DNA of 64,000 nucleotides from Terriglobales bacterium. GTDB lineage: Bacteria; Acidobacteriota; Terriglobia; Terriglobales; Acidobacteriaceae. The stretch covers positions 2,850 through 66,849 of the forward strand of contig JBEKOW010000001.1 of NCBI GenBank assembly GCA_049521375.1, read 5' to 3'. Made by a program: the position numbers and the translations under genes. The notes below the pieces were generated by a model. That model was not told the origin of the DNA, did no database searches, and saw nothing but the letters and a program-made list of their open reading frames with translations. Position 1 is the stretch's first letter; every line of letters begins with the position of its first letter. Shown piece after piece: positions 62,871 to 64,000 of this stretch.

Positions 62871-64000
62871 TTAGGCTCCCCGCGCTACGCTCTTGCGCAT
62901 CTCGTGGAACGTCTGCGCCACGTAATCGATCATCGGCTCGCTGATGCCGGGGTAGAGCCCGATCCAGAACACCTGATTCATCACAAAGTCGGTCTTCGAC
63001 AAGTTGCCGATCACGCGCCGTTGAATTTCTCGGTACGCGGGCTGGCGCAGCAGGTTTCCGCCAAACAAAAGCCGCGTAGCGATCTTGCGCGATTCCAGAA
63101 ACTGTACAACCCGGTTGCGAGTGAGGGGCGCATCGGGACGCACGGCGAGAGGAAAACCAAACCAGCTGGGATTGGAAAACGGCGTGGCTTCAGGTAACAC
63201 GAAGATGTCGTCGAGATCCTTGAGCGCCGCATGAAGCCTGCTGAAATTGTCGCGCCGCGCCGCCATGAACGAGGGCAGCTTTTTCAGTTGTGCGACCCCG
63301 ACGGCGGCCTGCATGTCGGTCGCTTTAAGGTTGTAGCCGATGTGGCTGTAAGTGTATTTATGGTCGTATCCCGCCGGTAAGTCGCCGAGCTTCCATTCGA
63401 ACCTGCAGCCACAAGTGTTCGACTTCCCCGGATCGCACCAACAATCCCGTCCCCAGTCGCGAAACGACTCCACCAGCTTCTTGAGCGCCGGAGACTGCGT
63501 CAGCACGCATCCGCCCTCGCCCATCGTGATATGGTGCGCCGGATAAAAACTGGTAGTGGCCAGATGCCCGAACGTCCCTACCGGTCGCCCTCTGTAAGTC
63601 GACCCCACCGCGTCACAGCAATCTTCAATTACCCAGAGATTATGTTGATTGGCAAATGCCATCACCGCATCAATGTCAAACGGATTGCCCAGCGTGTGCG
63701 CCAGCACGACCGCTCGCGTGCGCTCCGAAAAGGCAGACTCGAGCTGCGCGACATCGACGTCATACGTAGGCACCTGAACGTCGACAAATACCGGCACCAG
63801 CCCGTTCTGAATGATCGGGTTCACGGTAGTCGGAAATCCCGCCGCCACCGTGATCACCTCGTCGCCCGCGCGCAATCGCCGCTCTCCGAGCGACGGAGAG
63901 GTCAGACACGAAAGCGCAACCAGGTTGGCGGACGATCCCGAATTGACCAGCGACGCGCAGCGCACACCCATAAACGCGGCAAAGTCGCGCTCGAACTCCG
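62871..64000 (-). CDS. E1-type PMP-dependent sugar 3-dehydrase (RfbH/DdhC-like, DegT family), 5'-truncated by the window edge
   Basis: '[16 protein letters not shown]' has His (codon at 63534-63536) where DegT aminotransferases carry the Schiff-base Lys. '[14 protein letters not shown]' gives the C-x-C-x7-C pattern that I recall for the E1 [2Fe-2S] site, and '[22 protein letters not shown]' is also present. The frame stays open to position 64000. Confidence 0.8.
   Translation of the reverse strand, partial: EFERDFAAFMGVRCASLVNSGSSANLVALSCLTSPSLGERRLRAGDEVITVAAGFPTTVNPIIQNGLVPVFVDVQVPTYDVDVAQLESAFSERTRAVVLAHTLGNPFDIDAVMAFANQHNLWVIEDCCDAVGSTYRGRPVGTFGHLATTSFYPAHHITMGEGGCVLTQSPALKKLVESFRDWGRDCWCDPGKSNTCGCRFEWKLGDLPAGYDHKYTYSHIGYNLKATDMQAAVGVAQLKKLPSFMAARRDNFSRLHAALKDLDDIFVLPEATPFSNPSWFGFPLAVRPDAPLTRNRVVQFLESRKIATRLLFGGNLLRQPAYREIQRRVIGNLSKTDFVMNQVFWIGLYPGISEPMIDYVAQTFHEMRKSVARGA

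Overview
GC-rich bacterial chromosomal segment with about 60 protein genes, one tRNA (Gln-CUG), no rRNA, no CRISPR array and no transposase, integrase or phage genes. The gene set and the style of the intergenic repeats suggest Acidobacteriota (Terriglobia); this is inference from memory and is not verifiable here. From 1 to about 50.6 kb the content is mostly housekeeping. It holds lon (3' part), a CHAD-HD protein, the recR-ybaB-dnaX operon and an STAS protein. Next come an alkyltransferase-like (ATL) protein, a HemQ-like protein and tRNA-Gln. A glyoxylate-shunt pair follows (large ICL2-type isocitrate lyase divergent from malate synthase A, then a TPR/Fis-HTH protein), and then cysK-cysE, nrdR, NAD-type isocitrate dehydrogenase, ctaA and nadE. 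The last part of this stretch has an HD-GYP sensor, ftsY, ribD-ribE, an M20 amidohydrolase, an S53 sedolisin, a DEAD-box helicase and rpsO-pnp. From 50.6 to 64 kb lies a surface-glycan locus, the most unusual part of the window. It contains a translationally coupled HAD-UbiA / DprE1-like / DprE2-like operon, the enzyme set that makes decaprenyl-phospho-D-arabinofuranose in mycobacteria. This operon is divergent from two coupled polytopic membrane glycosyltransferase-like genes, one of them TMTC/PMT_2-like with TPR repeats. These converge on a second operon: E1-type (RfbH-like) 3-dehydrase, extended SDR, NeuB-family synthase, polyprenyl-phosphate GT2 and a methyltransferase. Other points of interest: two dispersed intergenic repeat families; hairpins whose arms are short tandem words; a candidate structured RNA with its own terminator downstream of recR; a 51-codon ORF that shares its C-terminal octapeptide with the neighbouring isocitrate lyase; and an RGG-rich tail on PNPase. 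The many long antisense or alternative-frame ORFs in the track are treated as GC-driven artefacts. All functional calls rest on motif recognition by eye and memory, because no database search was possible.
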